From positions 7,843 through 71,842 of IMG/VR virus record IMGVR_UViG_3300035204_002103: a stretch of 64,000 bases of DNA; one strand, written 5' to 3'. Source of the stretch: a virus. Of this stretch, positions 9,087 through 19,488 are shown in pieces (positions within the stretch are counted from its first letter, which is position 1; each line of letters opens with the position of its first letter). The translations under genes were made by a program, and so were the position numbers. The notes beneath the pieces were generated by a model. The model worked only from the letters and a program-made list of their open reading frames with translations, was not told where the DNA came from and ran no database searches.

Positions 9087-10184
9087 TCATGATTTTTTAA
9101 GGGCTTCTCTAAACTTTTTAAAAAGATACTTACCTATCTCAATGTTTTCTTCAAAGTATTTTCTTAGATTATCCATACCTTGGTGTTGCTTCTTAAATTC
9201 TAGCCCAGTTTCTTTCTCTACTTCTTCTATTATTTCATCAGAAACGGTAACCCACGCGCCTTTAGCTGTTGCCATATCCCATTGTAAAAGCATGTCTACT
9301 ACTTCATATTCTACCCATATACTTTTTCCGTGTATCCTACCATACCTAATAGGGTATCTAACTGTCACCCCAGTCTTTTCGTTAGGTGTTTTTCTAAACA
9401 CAACCTTACACCAATGGCCAAGCATATCTCCTTTACCGTTGGGCTGTGTTGATATCATGTCTTTAAGATACCGAGGCTGAAACTCTAAAATCCAATCGCT
9501 ATAATGAAGTGCAGCATTACCTCCGGATGCGTTTGTTACTTGTGGGTCAGATTTTTCATATGGATTAATTTTAATAGTGCTTCTTACCTGAGAGACCATG
9601 TAACATATATGTCCTCGGGTAGCTAACGCAAGGGCCATCCTTCTAAGAAAATCGGAACTTAACAATGCTCCTGCTCCAACCTTAAGCGCTTCTTCTGACC
9701 CCTTCTCTAGGTCGCCTTTAGGTATTAAGGCGTCCATAGAATCGATAATAAACATATATCGAACATCTGTTGGATTATCTTTTACTAGCTGTCTCATTAG
9801 GTTGATAACGGTTTCATAAACGTTGGATTTTATTATCTTCCATTTCTGAGAACTAGTATCTATTCCCATTCTTTCTATCAAATCGTCAGATAACCTTCCT
9901 TCTGCCTTAACGTAGATAACCATGCTGTTCTCCATTTTTTGGAAATTCCTAGCAAAAGCGAGCGCGCACGAAGTCTTTCCTCCCTCAGTCACGCCGGTAG
10001 CACGAACAACACCGGGCTTTATTCCTCCTCCTAGTTCAATATCTAGCAAAAGGCTTCCGCTCGACACGCTGTAAACTCGGTCCTCTTCAAAGTTGTAATG
10101 ATCTCCCTTGTTCTGCTCAAGATAGGCTTGAATTTGGTCTTCGGGAGAGATCGACGATTGTTTTTCTTGTTTTTTACGACTCAT
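9087..10184 (-). CDS. recA: RecA/UvsX recombinase
   Basis: SSGSLLLDIELGGG, Walker A G..EGGKT, IIDS, SQVR, SGGNA. Confidence 0.92.
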   Translation of the reverse strand: MSRKKQEKQSSISPEDQIQAYLEQNKGDHYNFEEDRVYSVSSGSLLLDIELGGGIKPGVVRATGVTEGGKTSCALAFARNFQKMENSMVIYVKAEGRLSDDLIERMGIDTSSQKWKIIKSNVYETVINLMRQLVKDNPTDVRYMFIIDSMDALIPKGDLEKGSEEALKVGAGALLSSDFLRRMALALATRGHICYMVSQVRSTIKINPYEKSDPQVTNASGGNAALHYSDWILEFQPRYLKDMISTQPNGKGDMLGHWCKVVFRKTPNEKTGVTVRYPIRYGRIHGKSIWVEYEVVDMLLQWDMATAKGAWVTVSDEIIEEVEKETGLEFKKQHQGMDNLRKYFEENIEIGKYLFKKFREALKKS

Positions 10185-10548
10185 TGTTAATAAAATCTAT
10201 TAGCGAAAACTTCTTTAGTGGTTTAAGTCCGAGACTATCCCCTACTTTATTTTTTTCAAGAAGCGTTTCGGGGTTTTCTGGAGATATAGCTGAAAGTTCT
10301 CCTCTCTTTTGATGAATATGGTGATTATATTTTAAAAAATATTTACCCTCTTCCGTTAAGAAGTACGCTAATGAGTTAAGTACGCTACGTTTTGAGTCTA
10401 ACAATGTCGATTTCCAAAAAGTAAAGTCATCGTAGGTTGCGAGTAACTTTTTAGCTAAACCATACTCTCTAGGGTAGTTGATCTTGGTAGGCTCTCTAAG
10501 AAAAAGACGTACAAGAATAGCATAATCTGATCTTTTGAAGCGTTTCAC
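10174..10548 (-). CDS. Hypothetical protein
   Basis: ORF overlapping the recA start; sigma70-like promoter upstream of its GTG. Confidence 0.6.
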   Translation of the reverse strand: MKRFKRSDYAILVRLFLREPTKINYPREYGLAKKLLATYDDFTFWKSTLLDSKRSVLNSLAYFLTEEGKYFLKYNHHIHQKRGELSAISPENPETLLEKNKVGDSLGLKPLKKFSLIDFINNES

Positions 10549-10583
10549 CCCTATACTTTAACAGTTTTTTTAATTGAAGCAAG

Positions 10584-10868
10584 CTATCTTTTCAGTTGAT
10601 CGATCTTTTCTTCGATTCTATCAAAGCGATCATTCATTCTTTCGGAGAACATCTTGAAGTCGTCCTTACTTACATATTTTTCGGGTAAAGAAAGGGCTAA
10701 ATCGTTGTGTTTTTCTCTGATTTTATCAACATCATTATGATGTTTGACCATTAGATCGTGATGCTCTTCTTTTATTTCGTTGACGTGACCAAGGATCATT
10801 TTAAAAACCCAGCCTCCCATTAGGGTGATAACACCAACCGCTATGTTTACTAAAATTTGGTAGTCCAT
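10584..10868 (-). CDS. N-terminal TM plus coiled-coil protein (holin/XhlA-like architecture)
   Basis: TM helix, then heptads ending RFDRIEEKID; GTGTAA motif 14 nt upstream. Confidence 0.55.
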   Translation of the reverse strand: MDYQILVNIAVGVITLMGGWVFKMILGHVNEIKEEHHDLMVKHHNDVDKIREKHNDLALSLPEKYVSKDDFKMFSERMNDRFDRIEEKIDQLKR

Positions 10869-10924
10869 GACCTTTATTACACTAGATCTACAGACCTTTA
10901 GCTTTTTTTAGTTAATATGTTTTT

Positions 10925-11200
10925 TTAACGCCACCTAAAGTGTTCTATTAGCTCTAGTACTCCCCAACCAAGTAAAAGAAAGCCTGCAGTACATTCAAGG
11001 CTGCCAGTAAACCAAAGCCAAGCCGCTGCACCCACTAATCCTAGACCTTTCAGTAATTCGGTTTCGGGTAGTTTATCCCATAACCAATTTTTTAGGCTGT
11101 TGTAGTTGGTTTTTAGCCAATTCCACGCCCTACAGTGAAGACACTTACACCTTTTTGTGCATTTGCATTTAGATTTTAACCATTTCCATAGTTTGCTCAT
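10925..11200 (-). CDS. Small Cys/Trp-rich membrane protein
   Basis: KCKCTKRCKCLHC then two TM segments; GTGTAA motif 14 nt upstream. Confidence 0.6.
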   Translation of the reverse strand: MSKLWKWLKSKCKCTKRCKCLHCRAWNWLKTNYNSLKNWLWDKLPETELLKGLGLVGAAAWLWFTGSLECTAGFLLLGWGVLELIEHFRWR

Positions 11201-11357
11201 GCTTGTAATTACACTCTATTAATCGTTGTAATCTTTTGGGGATTTATTAAAGAAAAACCTTTTGCTAAAGTTTATTTCTATCTTTTTTTAAAGAAGTGTA
11301 CCGCTTTACAGGGTTTTTAAAAAAAATATTATGGTTTTAAGGGGTGTAATTATTTAT

Positions 11358-11771
11358 ATGAAAAAGCTTTGGGATTGGGGTAACAGGAACGTTAAGAGTA
11401 TTTATACTGGATGTGTGGTTGCTTTATTAATGATGATCGTAATCTTCGTTAAAGATATACAAAACACAAATAGAGAAATTAAACGACTCGGAGAAATGGG
11501 ACAACTACTTGAGTCTCACGAAAAGCTGGTTGAAGACTACAAGGCTGCTGGAGAATTCATAGAGTTCCAACAATTAGTAATGGATAATTTAAGGAATGAA
11601 AACACGCTTCAAGAACGATACCTCATGAGACTTACGGAAATGATTAATAAGCAATCTTTAACTCTTAAAGCTTTAATAGATTATCTAAAAGAAATTAAAG
11701 AATGGCCACCAAAAATTGACCCGCCTAAACCAATAGATCCAGATACGCTCGCCGGGAGGAGTGAGGCATGA
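11358..11771 (+). CDS. TM plus coiled-coil protein with Pro-rich tail
   Basis: Start moved to MKKLWDW at 11358, 14 nt after GTGTAA. Confidence 0.6.
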   Translation: MKKLWDWGNRNVKSIYTGCVVALLMMIVIFVKDIQNTNREIKRLGEMGQLLESHEKLVEDYKAAGEFIEFQQLVMDNLRNENTLQERYLMRLTEMINKQSLTLKALIDYLKEIKEWPPKIDPPKPIDPDTLAGRSEA

Positions 11772-12010
11772 GGATTCTGAATAAATATAGTTATTGGTGG
11801 AAAAAAGAAGAAAAAGAATGGGCTGCTCAAGATAAGTCTGGCAACTGGTGGATATATAAAAGAAACCGAGAACCTGCTATGAAGACGAATAATAAAAGGC
11901 GAAAGGGGCAGACTTCTAACAAATTTAGAACAGAGCACTATGTAATCCTCGCTTTAGCTTCAGCTCTCGGGGTTAGCTTAGCTTTAAATGTAATAGCCGT
12001 AATGTCATGA
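11768..12010 (+). CDS. Hypothetical protein with C-terminal TM
   Basis: ATGA overlap with previous ORF. Confidence 0.5.
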   Translation: MRILNKYSYWWKKEEKEWAAQDKSGNWWIYKRNREPAMKTNNKRRKGQTSNKFRTEHYVILALASALGVSLALNVIAVMS

Positions 12011-12182
12011 GTTGTTTTTTTCCAAAAATTAATTTTTTTCATAAACCTAAAGAATGGGTTAAGTCAAACTCCTGTTGGATAAAATTATCTGTAGGATTAC
12101 TATTAATAGTAAGCCTCGTCTTTAATGTTTATCAATATAAAATTATTAAATATTATAAAGAGGAGGTCTCGATAGAATCAAA

Positions 12183-12683
12183 ATGAAGATGGATAAGAAA
12201 AAGTTTTGCAGAATCATGAGGATTTTTACTCTTTTTGTGGTTTTTGCTATATTTTTTCATTTAGGCTACAGCTTCTCAAAGATTGAGGGTAATAGTATGG
12301 ACCCTACGCTAACCCATGGTCAACGATTGCTTGTTGATGAATGGACATATAAGTTTTTTAGCCCAGAAAAAGGAGAAATAGTTATTCTTAAAGATCCAGA
12401 AAAAAAGGAAGACGAATTAGTTAAAAGAATAATAGCTACCGAAGGTGATACCGTGCAGATAAAATGGGGAAAAATATTTTTAAATGATCACGAATTTAAA
12501 GATTCGTTTTCTAATAAGGCAATTATCTTTTACGTTAATAAAGAAGAAACGTTATGGTTTAATGAAAATGGAAATAAAATTAAAGTACCCAAGGGTTATG
12601 TTTGGGTAATAGGAGACAATAGAGAAATATCTTGGCATGGTTTAGTAAAAATTTCTAAAATCCAAGGAAGGATTATGAAATAA
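12183..12683 (+). CDS. lepB: Signal peptidase I (S26)
   Basis: TM anchor, GNSMDPTL catalytic Ser, LVKRII catalytic Lys, GDNR. Confidence 0.92.
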   Translation: MKMDKKKFCRIMRIFTLFVVFAIFFHLGYSFSKIEGNSMDPTLTHGQRLLVDEWTYKFFSPEKGEIVILKDPEKKEDELVKRIIATEGDTVQIKWGKIFLNDHEFKDSFSNKAIIFYVNKEETLWFNENGNKIKVPKGYVWVIGDNREISWHGLVKISKIQGRIMK

Positions 12684-12715
12684 AAAAGCCCCCCAGAAAC
12701 AGGGGGGTTGTTTTA
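12684..12715. terminator. Probable bidirectional intrinsic terminator
   Basis: AAAAGCCCCCC-AGAAACA-GGGGGGTT between convergent genes. Confidence 0.7.
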
Positions 12716-12729
12716 GTTATTTTAGACCT

Positions 12730-12930
12730 TTATTTTTTCTTTTTGTCGGTCGCCGTCGTCGATTTCACCTCCCCCTTAATAAACGGTACTGTTACGCTTG
12801 CTCCTTTAGTGGAAGCTGATGCACCAAGCATCTCGTTTTCGTTGGCTTTAGAACCAAGGGTTACTGTGCTCGAACAACCTGATGCTACAATAAGCAGCAT
12901 CCCTACTTTTAGTGTTATTAGTTTTTTCAT
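12730..12930 (-). CDS. Small lipoprotein
   Basis: MKKLITL...IVASGC lipobox-like signal. Confidence 0.55.
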   Translation of the reverse strand: MKKLITLKVGMLLIVASGCSSTVTLGSKANENEMLGASASTKGASVTVPFIKGEVKSTTATDKKKK

Positions 12931-12937
12931 TGTGTGG

Positions 12938-13948
12938 TTAAAAATCATCTTCTAAGACTCCCGAGTTCTGGTAATCTTTCACTTTCCTCTCGAAAAAATT
13001 AGTCATCGCCCCCGTGTCTACTACTTCAGACAGCCAAGGAAATGGGTTGTTGTCGCTTTCAAAACGAAAATCTATACCCACCCCTTCAAAGCGTCTGTTG
13101 CCAATATACTGCATATAATCAATAAACATATCTGCATTTAACCCTAGAATACCTCTGGGTAATACGTCATGCGCGTAAGCGACCTCAAGTTCTACTGCTT
13201 TTTTGATGTGTTTTATGGTTTCTTGTTCAAATTTTTTTGTCCATACCGTCGGGTATTGTTCTTTAATTGTATTTATTAAGTAGGTCCCGAATTGTATATG
13301 TAGACTTTCGTCACGTAAAGTATATCTAATTTGGTCTGATAAGCCGGGGAGTTTGTTTTGCCTCCCTAATGCTAGCAGCATGGCAAAGCCACTAAAGAAA
13401 AAAGTGCCCTCGCAAACTATGTAGTAAGTAATTAAGTTTCTTAAGAACTCCCGCTTACCCTCTATCGTTTTAGTCGAAAAGTCAGGTCTATTAACATCCG
13501 ACGTTATCTCCATTAAAAAATCATCCTTAGCTTTAATGCTGTCTACGTTAATGTATGCTTCGTAAACCTCACTAACTTTAAGTCCATACGAATCACAGCA
13601 AGTAACTATTGTCCAGTTATGTAAGGATTCTTCGTAGGCTTGCCTTAATATATACTGACTGCATTCCGCATCAGTTACCCACCTGTTAACCGTTAGGAGT
13701 AAGTTATTACCAACTAAAGATTCTGTTCCGGCAAAAAAACCAAGACATCTTTTAACTAAGAGCTTTTCATCGTCTGAAAGATCACTAGACTTCCATTGAT
13801 CAACGTCAATAGACATATTAACCTCTGCTGGAGACCAGCTATTAGCTACCCCCTTAAGGAATAAATCCCAAGCGACTTGATGCTTGTGAGGGAGAATTTG
13901 ATTAACTCCCGAGACTTCTTCTTCTAGAATTAATCCAGTCTTACTCAT
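12938..13948 (-). CDS. nrdB: Ribonucleotide reductase class Ia beta subunit
   Basis: W.P.E, EESLH, EGTFFFSGF, RDESLH, NFFE diiron motifs. Confidence 0.95.
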   Translation of the reverse strand: MSKTGLILEEEVSGVNQILPHKHQVAWDLFLKGVANSWSPAEVNMSIDVDQWKSSDLSDDEKLLVKRCLGFFAGTESLVGNNLLLTVNRWVTDAECSQYILRQAYEESLHNWTIVTCCDSYGLKVSEVYEAYINVDSIKAKDDFLMEITSDVNRPDFSTKTIEGKREFLRNLITYYIVCEGTFFFSGFAMLLALGRQNKLPGLSDQIRYTLRDESLHIQFGTYLINTIKEQYPTVWTKKFEQETIKHIKKAVELEVAYAHDVLPRGILGLNADMFIDYMQYIGNRRFEGVGIDFRFESDNNPFPWLSEVVDTGAMTNFFERKVKDYQNSGVLEDDF

Positions 13949-14207
13949 TTGGTTTAATTATTTTATCTGATAGGTCTTTAACTGTCTGCTCTTCTTCTCT
14001 GATATCGGCAACTTCATTTATGACGCTATCTGCCCACGTAGCATTCCATAAGGCTAAAGACTTCATGGCTTCTGGTCCTAGGAGGGTGGCTCCAGCGACA
14101 ACGTATAGCACTACAGACAGCTGTTCGGTCTCTGGGTTTTTTTCAAGCTCTTGAGCTAGGTCTTCGAGCTTATCCTTCGGTGTTTTTATTATTTTTTCTT
14201 TTCCCAT
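13941..14207 (-). CDS. Hypothetical protein between nrdA and nrdB
   Basis: Tightly packed ORF. Confidence 0.6.
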   Translation of the reverse strand: MGKEKIIKTPKDKLEDLAQELEKNPETEQLSVVLYVVAGATLLGPEAMKSLALWNATWADSVINEVADIREEEQTVKDLSDKIIKPNE

Positions 14208-14208
14208 A

Positions 14209-16686
14209 TTATTGGCAGCTTTCGCAGTCTGGATTCATGATACTGCAAGCCTCCACATCAGTGAGGCTATTATTATCGTTATTTGTATTACTATTACTAT
14301 GGTCACTACCTTTTTTAATTTCTGTAGACTTTTCAATTTTGCTTGCAGACTTATTCCTTAAATAGTAAGTGCTTTTTAAGCCTAGTCTTTTAGCATGAAA
14401 ATAAAGATCATTCAAGTATTTTAAAGAAGTTTTATTATTAAACAAGTTTAAACTTTGTCCCATGTCTATCCATTTTTGTCTAGCTGCACCGCATTCGAGC
14501 AACTTAAATTGGTCATGTTCGAAGGCTGTCTTGTATCTATTTTTAATATCTTCGGTAAGTTCTCCGTTTAGTCTGCTTACGTCTCCGTCTACAGATTTAA
14601 CCATATCTATTAAATTTTGGTTCCAAATTCCTAGATCTTTGCATTCTTGTACAAACCATTCATTTGTTATCGTAAGGTTTCCGGATTTATTTTCGTAAAC
14701 AAAAAGTACTGAAAAGTCTGGTTCAATGCAGGGAGAACATCCTTGTATGTACGAAATCGTTGCGGTTGGGGCTATAGCCATAGTATTGCTATTCCTCATT
14801 CCGTGTTCTTTTATGTGAGTACGAAGAGTTTTCCAGTCAAGTTCTGGGCAGAATTTTTTTCCCCTATGGATTATTGGCTTTTCTTTTAAGTAATCGATAA
14901 GGTTTCGGTATGTATCAATAGGCAGTACTCCTTTATCCCAGAGAGACCCTTCAAAAGTTGAGTAAGATCCCTTCTCTTTTGAAATTTTGCTAGAGTTTAA
15001 TATGCAATGGTAAGAAATAAATTCATAGAGTTCGTCAGAGAACTTAACTGCATCGTCTGATGAAAAGTCTATCTTATAGGAATGGAAAACGTCAGCCCAC
15101 CCCATACTACCGGCGCCAATGGGTCGATGTTTTAAATTAGAGTTTCTCGCTTCTTCTGTGGGATAGAAATTTAAATCAATTACGTTATCCAGCATCCGTA
15201 TTTGAGTCTTTATTGTCTTAGCTAACAATTTAAAATCTAATGTTCCGTTATCTTTTAAGTGGCTTTTAAGATTAACCGAACTTAAGTTACATACCGCTGT
15301 TTCTCCTACCTCAGATTTAGATCCATTTTTATATTGAGATGGTTTAGTGTGTAAGAAAATTTCCGTACATAGATTAGAGCTATGAATAACGCCTTCATGA
15401 GAGTTAGAATAACGCATGTTAGCGTTATCCTTGAAAGTCATCCAAGGGTGTCCTGTTTCAAACAGGGTTCTTAGCATTTTTTTCCATAGGTCTTTGGCTT
15501 TTATTTTTTTAAAGTTCGTTAACTCTCCTTTGTCTGCTTTATTGCAATACTTTTTATACCTCTTATCAAAGGCGCTTCCGTAGAGTTCGTGCAAGTCTCT
15601 TACATCAGAGGGAGAGAAAAGGTACCACTCCTTGTCTTTATCCACGTATTCAAGGAATAAGTTAGGTAACCAATTCGATGTATTCATATCATGACATCTA
15701 CGTCTTTCGTCACCTGTGTTCTTTTTTAAATCAAGAAATTCTTCTATATCTAAATGCCAAGGCTCAAGGTAGGCACAACCTGCGCCGGGCCGTTTACCTC
15801 CTTGATTAACTGCTACAAGTAGGTCATTGTAAATTTTAAGCCATGGAACAAGCCCACTAGAAGTGCCGTTGGTTCCATTAATGTGGGAACCAGAGGAACG
15901 GAAATTAGTAACATCGAAGCCTAGCCCCCCCGCATACTTAGACTTTCGGGCTTCTTGCCATGCACCCTCAAATATACCGTCAATACTATCATCGAAAGTG
16001 TTGAGATAACAAGAACTAAGCTGACTATGAGTAGTCCCGCTATTGAAAAGAGTGGGCGTAGAAGGACATAAAAGAAATTGAGAAATTGTTTCATAAAACT
16101 CTATAGCTTTTTGTTCTTTATTTTTTTCGTTGAGGGCGAGACCCATAGCTACTCTCATCCAGAGTGACTGAGGAGCTTCAAGCCTTCTGTTATTATGCGA
16201 AAGAAGATAACGATCAAAAAGCGTTTGGAGGCCAAGGTACTTAAACTTAAAGTCCCTCTCTAAAACGAGAGATTCAGAAAGTTTTTTCAAATCAAATTTA
16301 AGCAGGTCTTTTGTTAGAATGCCTTCTTTAACTAAGGACTTTATATTTTTTACAAAAGATAATCTGTATTGATGGTCAAACGCGTCTTTGTCTACACTGC
16401 TACCGAAGACTTCTTTGTGGATATTGAATAGTAAAAGCTTGGAGGCTACGTAATTATAATTAGGCTCTTTCTCTATTTTTTGACGAGCAGATAAAATTAA
16501 GGCCTTGTCTATTTCCTTGGTCGTTATTTTTTCATAAAGTTGGACATGTGCATCAAGCACTATTTCACTTGCTGAAACATTATCTAAACCATCACATGCT
16601 CGCTCAGCACATAAGTTAATTTTGTTAATGTCTAACTTTTGAAGACGACCGTTTCTTTTTTTTACGTTTATCGAGTCGTTGTTCAT
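14209..16686 (-). CDS. nrdA: Ribonucleotide reductase class Ia alpha subunit with ATP cone
   Basis: VKKRNG cone, TPTLFN, SSC, SNLCTEI, APTATIS, YYLR, C-terminal CESCQ. Confidence 0.97.
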   Translation of the reverse strand: MNNDSINVKKRNGRLQKLDINKINLCAERACDGLDNVSASEIVLDAHVQLYEKITTKEIDKALILSARQKIEKEPNYNYVASKLLLFNIHKEVFGSSVDKDAFDHQYRLSFVKNIKSLVKEGILTKDLLKFDLKKLSESLVLERDFKFKYLGLQTLFDRYLLSHNNRRLEAPQSLWMRVAMGLALNEKNKEQKAIEFYETISQFLLCPSTPTLFNSGTTHSQLSSCYLNTFDDSIDGIFEGAWQEARKSKYAGGLGFDVTNFRSSGSHINGTNGTSSGLVPWLKIYNDLLVAVNQGGKRPGAGCAYLEPWHLDIEEFLDLKKNTGDERRRCHDMNTSNWLPNLFLEYVDKDKEWYLFSPSDVRDLHELYGSAFDKRYKKYCNKADKGELTNFKKIKAKDLWKKMLRTLFETGHPWMTFKDNANMRYSNSHEGVIHSSNLCTEIFLHTKPSQYKNGSKSEVGETAVCNLSSVNLKSHLKDNGTLDFKLLAKTIKTQIRMLDNVIDLNFYPTEEARNSNLKHRPIGAGSMGWADVFHSYKIDFSSDDAVKFSDELYEFISYHCILNSSKISKEKGSYSTFEGSLWDKGVLPIDTYRNLIDYLKEKPIIHRGKKFCPELDWKTLRTHIKEHGMRNSNTMAIAPTATISYIQGCSPCIEPDFSVLFVYENKSGNLTITNEWFVQECKDLGIWNQNLIDMVKSVDGDVSRLNGELTEDIKNRYKTAFEHDQFKLLECGAARQKWIDMGQSLNLFNNKTSLKYLNDLYFHAKRLGLKSTYYLRNKSASKIEKSTEIKKGSDHSNSNTNNDNNSLTDVEACSIMNPDCESCQ

Positions 16687-16735
16687 TTAGAAGCCTATAC
16701 TCTATATAGTAAAGGAATTTTTTTAAAATGGAAGC

Positions 16736-18016
16736 TTAAATTTCCCTGCCGTGCATGGGAATATCAAACCCCTTCTCTGGAAGCTTAACTAAGTGAACCT
16801 TTGCGAACGTCATGTTGTGAAATTCTTCAAAGTTACTAGGGTAGTAGTTGTCTGCCCTGTTGAGCTGAAATTTAACAGGCGAGCCTATAAGACGGGCAAA
16901 TTCAGATTTAGTATAATACCAGAAACTATTAGTATTCCAAAAGCTAACTAACTGCGGGTCTTGGAAGGCCGCGCGACCATCTGTACTGGGTACATCTATT
17001 ATAGCCCAACCGTAATCAGCGAGACACCTATAAATTTCTTTCATGGTTAATATGGGGTCTTTAAGATAGCCCAAGGCATTCCATGCCCTAAAAACTCCAA
17101 CGGAACCATCTTCGAAAGGCCAGTAGGGGTTGTTTAAATCATAAACCACGCGTTTTTTTTCATCTCGAAAGATTTCTTTATCCACGCCGGTGAAGCCTTC
17201 AGGAAGCGTTTCTCCACTACACAAATCCACTTTACTTAATTGATTCTGGTCTGCCCATTTTGATGCTAGGCCTAGAATATAATTATCATGAATTACGTGA
17301 GTAAGCTTTTGTATTTTTTCATTTTTTTCGTTAGCCGAAGTTCTCTCTGGGTAAGCGTAGTATTTATACAGGGGCTTGTCTATTTTATGGCATGCTCCTA
17401 AAATATATGTTCTGCAAAGAAGTTCGTAGTCATCGCAGACATCTAAAGATTCATCATGCCCACCAATCTTGTCATAGAATTCTTTTTTCCAAGACCTTAC
17501 GTGATCTGGCGAATACCAAATATAAGAAAACGCTAAGGGTGATGGAAGTGGGGTAGGGTGGTATTGATTTCCTTCACTATCTTTTTGCGTTTTCCATCCC
17601 CATTGCGCTGAAAAGGGAGCTATGTGTTTTTCTTTGTTATCCTCTCCTACTTCTATGTAGTAATCATCCGAGTAACAAAAATCATGTCCGCCTTCAAATG
17701 CGATACTTAGCTCTTCTAAACAGTCTGGAGTTAGTGCATCATCGTGGTCTAGTTCTACAAGAATTTCTCCTGATGCGGCATTACAACAAAGTTTTTTTAG
17801 ATATCCTATATTTTTATTCTCTGTTTCGTCTCGTATAATTTTTAAATTTAATTCAGATGCTTGAACTGACGTTAGTAGCTCCTCCTCTTGCTCTAGAGCC
17901 TTTCCGTTTAGCAAAATAACCCACTCAAAATCTTTAAACGATTGATTAAGTAGGCTCTGGAACGGAGTGTCTATACGACTTAAGTCATGAGTTGGTGTGA
18001 ATATTGAAAATTTCAT
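16736..18016 (-). CDS. GT2 glycosyltransferase fused to a methyltransferase-like domain
   Basis: FSIFTPTH, ELDHDD, GGHDE..DDYEL; C-terminal DL.S.E..WPFEDGSV..EIYRCL..DP. Confidence 0.85.
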   Translation of the reverse strand: MKFSIFTPTHDLSRIDTPFQSLLNQSFKDFEWVILLNGKALEQEEELLTSVQASELNLKIIRDETENKNIGYLKKLCCNAASGEILVELDHDDALTPDCLEELSIAFEGGHDFCYSDDYYIEVGEDNKEKHIAPFSAQWGWKTQKDSEGNQYHPTPLPSPLAFSYIWYSPDHVRSWKKEFYDKIGGHDESLDVCDDYELLCRTYILGACHKIDKPLYKYYAYPERTSANEKNEKIQKLTHVIHDNYILGLASKWADQNQLSKVDLCSGETLPEGFTGVDKEIFRDEKKRVVYDLNNPYWPFEDGSVGVFRAWNALGYLKDPILTMKEIYRCLADYGWAIIDVPSTDGRAAFQDPQLVSFWNTNSFWYYTKSEFARLIGSPVKFQLNRADNYYPSNFEEFHNMTFAKVHLVKLPEKGFDIPMHGREI

Positions 18017-18017
18017 T

Positions 18018-18389
18018 TTATATCTCTACTATGTTGCTGCTTGACGGTTTGTTAGTTTTTTTATTTGGGTGAGCTTTACCGGTTTTCTTTTCGTATTTAT
18101 TTACGGCTTTCCGTTTTATGTGATCACCGTCTTGGTTTCTTTCTCTTTTTTGGCTTAATTGAGTAGAGAGGTCTGCCATGTCTCCATAGGTCATGCCTTT
18201 CTTTGCGGTGCATCTCATAAAATCACTTTCGGAGTAGGGGTCCATTTCTGTGTCTATGGACGCGTTTGGGCTTTTCCAAACCCTTTTCCACTCTACACCA
18301 TCAGTTTCGTAAACGTGCGGGTCTTTCATCTTTTGAACGACCTCGATAATCTCTCCTGTCTCTGGGTGTTGAAATTCGTAAAGCGGCAT
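18018..18389 (-). CDS. FmdB-family-like regulatory protein lacking the Cys ligands
   Basis: MPLYEF...GE..EV.Q.M.D. Confidence 0.6.
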   Translation of the reverse strand: MPLYEFQHPETGEIIEVVQKMKDPHVYETDGVEWKRVWKSPNASIDTEMDPYSESDFMRCTAKKGMTYGDMADLSTQLSQKRERNQDGDHIKRKAVNKYEKKTGKAHPNKKTNKPSSSNIVEI

Positions 18390-18434
18390 CGTAAGTAGAC
18401 TATATTATAGCTTGAAATATTTATTTTGAAAAGA

Positions 18435-18462
18435 AAAACCCCCCTTAAAAAAGGGGGGGTGT
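18435..18462. terminator. Intrinsic terminator hairpin
   Basis: AAAACCCCCCTT-AAAA-AAGGGGGGGT. Confidence 0.65.
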
Positions 18463-18485
18463 TGGAGGGTAGCCCGAGGTACCAA

Positions 18486-18809
18486 CTACAGTACGTCTTC
18501 TTCGGAGACCTCTTGAACTCCCGAAGCCATGGCAACTTGTTCTTCGGATACTGGTGGTTTTTGACCACTGGTAGTGTTCTGTTGAGTCCTAGGAAGGGAC
18601 TTGTAGATCCTAAAGTCAGGATGATTATCCTGTTTCTTGTGTTTATTGTTAAAGATCACGACTTGGAGGGTCTCTTCTCCTCCCATGCCATCGTCAATCT
18701 TGATGTGTCCTGAAAGAAACTTTTGCGTCGGGCTTTGTTTCTTCCACAGTGCGCCGACTTCTCGTTCGGCCCAGTCGTTTTTGTTCTTGTTATCAGTTTG
18801 ATCACTCAT
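18486..18809 (-). CDS. DUF736-like putative ssDNA-binding protein
   Basis: VGALWKK...FLSGHI...IFNN..K..NHPDFRIY with acidic tail. Confidence 0.65.
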   Translation of the reverse strand: MSDQTDNKNKNDWAEREVGALWKKQSPTQKFLSGHIKIDDGMGGEETLQVVIFNNKHKKQDNHPDFRIYKSLPRTQQNTTSGQKPPVSEEQVAMASGVQEVSEEDVL

Positions 18810-18852
18810 AATGTTAACGTAAGTATAGCTCTTTTTTTATTGTTGTCAACAA

Positions 18853-19488
18853 TTAAATTGAGTCGTAGATCTCTTTTGATTTTAATTTTTTATTTAAAAT
18901 TTTGACTCCTCTTTGGTGGAGGTTTATCGCTGTTTGGGTGCTCGTGTGTATTTTTGAGGCGATGGTGCTCCAAGTAGCTTTTTTTGTGTTCATGCTTTTA
19001 TCGTCAAAGTATCTCAATCTAAAGACTTTTAGTATTCTTTTGTCCTTTAGCTTATTTAGAATATCAAAGACGAAGTCCTTTTCGTCTTTTAAATCGTTTT
19101 CAGAGTCAAAGTCTTGCTTACTTTTATTGGTGAGAAAGGTGTGGATGCACTCATCCTCCATGTCTACAAGTCTATTATTTGAATTAATAAAAGTTAGAAC
19201 GTGATACTTACTACAATTACCAAGCCAAGTAGAAAATTTACATTTTTTATTAGGTTTATAAGATTTTATAGCCCTAAATATTACGAAGTCTTTATCGCTT
19301 AGTAGGTCTTCTTTTCTCAATCCTTTAGCTAAGATTACAGGAATATATTTTTGGCACATTTTATAGAAGAGCTTTTCATGCCTCTCGGAGAGAAGCTGAA
19401 AGCTTTCATTACAACCAGTAGACTTCACTTTTTTTACTAAAGTGTTGTCGCATGGCGTCTTCTTCTTTGTATTTCTTCGTTGAGCCAT
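18853..19488 (-). CDS. Sigma70-family RNA polymerase sigma factor (regions 2 and 4)
   Basis: AIKSYKP.K.CKFSTWL; VFRLRYF...TW..IA HTH. Confidence 0.75.
   Translation of the reverse strand: MAQRRNTKKKTPCDNTLVKKVKSTGCNESFQLLSERHEKLFYKMCQKYIPVILAKGLRKEDLLSDKDFVIFRAIKSYKPNKKCKFSTWLGNCSKYHVLTFINSNNRLVDMEDECIHTFLTNKSKQDFDSENDLKDEKDFVFDILNKLKDKRILKVFRLRYFDDKSMNTKKATWSTIASKIHTSTQTAINLHQRGVKILNKKLKSKEIYDSI

Noticed and set aside
6759-16686. Inteins or introns in dnaB, recA or nrdA
   Set aside because: Lengths are normal and motifs are contiguous; no splice-junction motifs seen.
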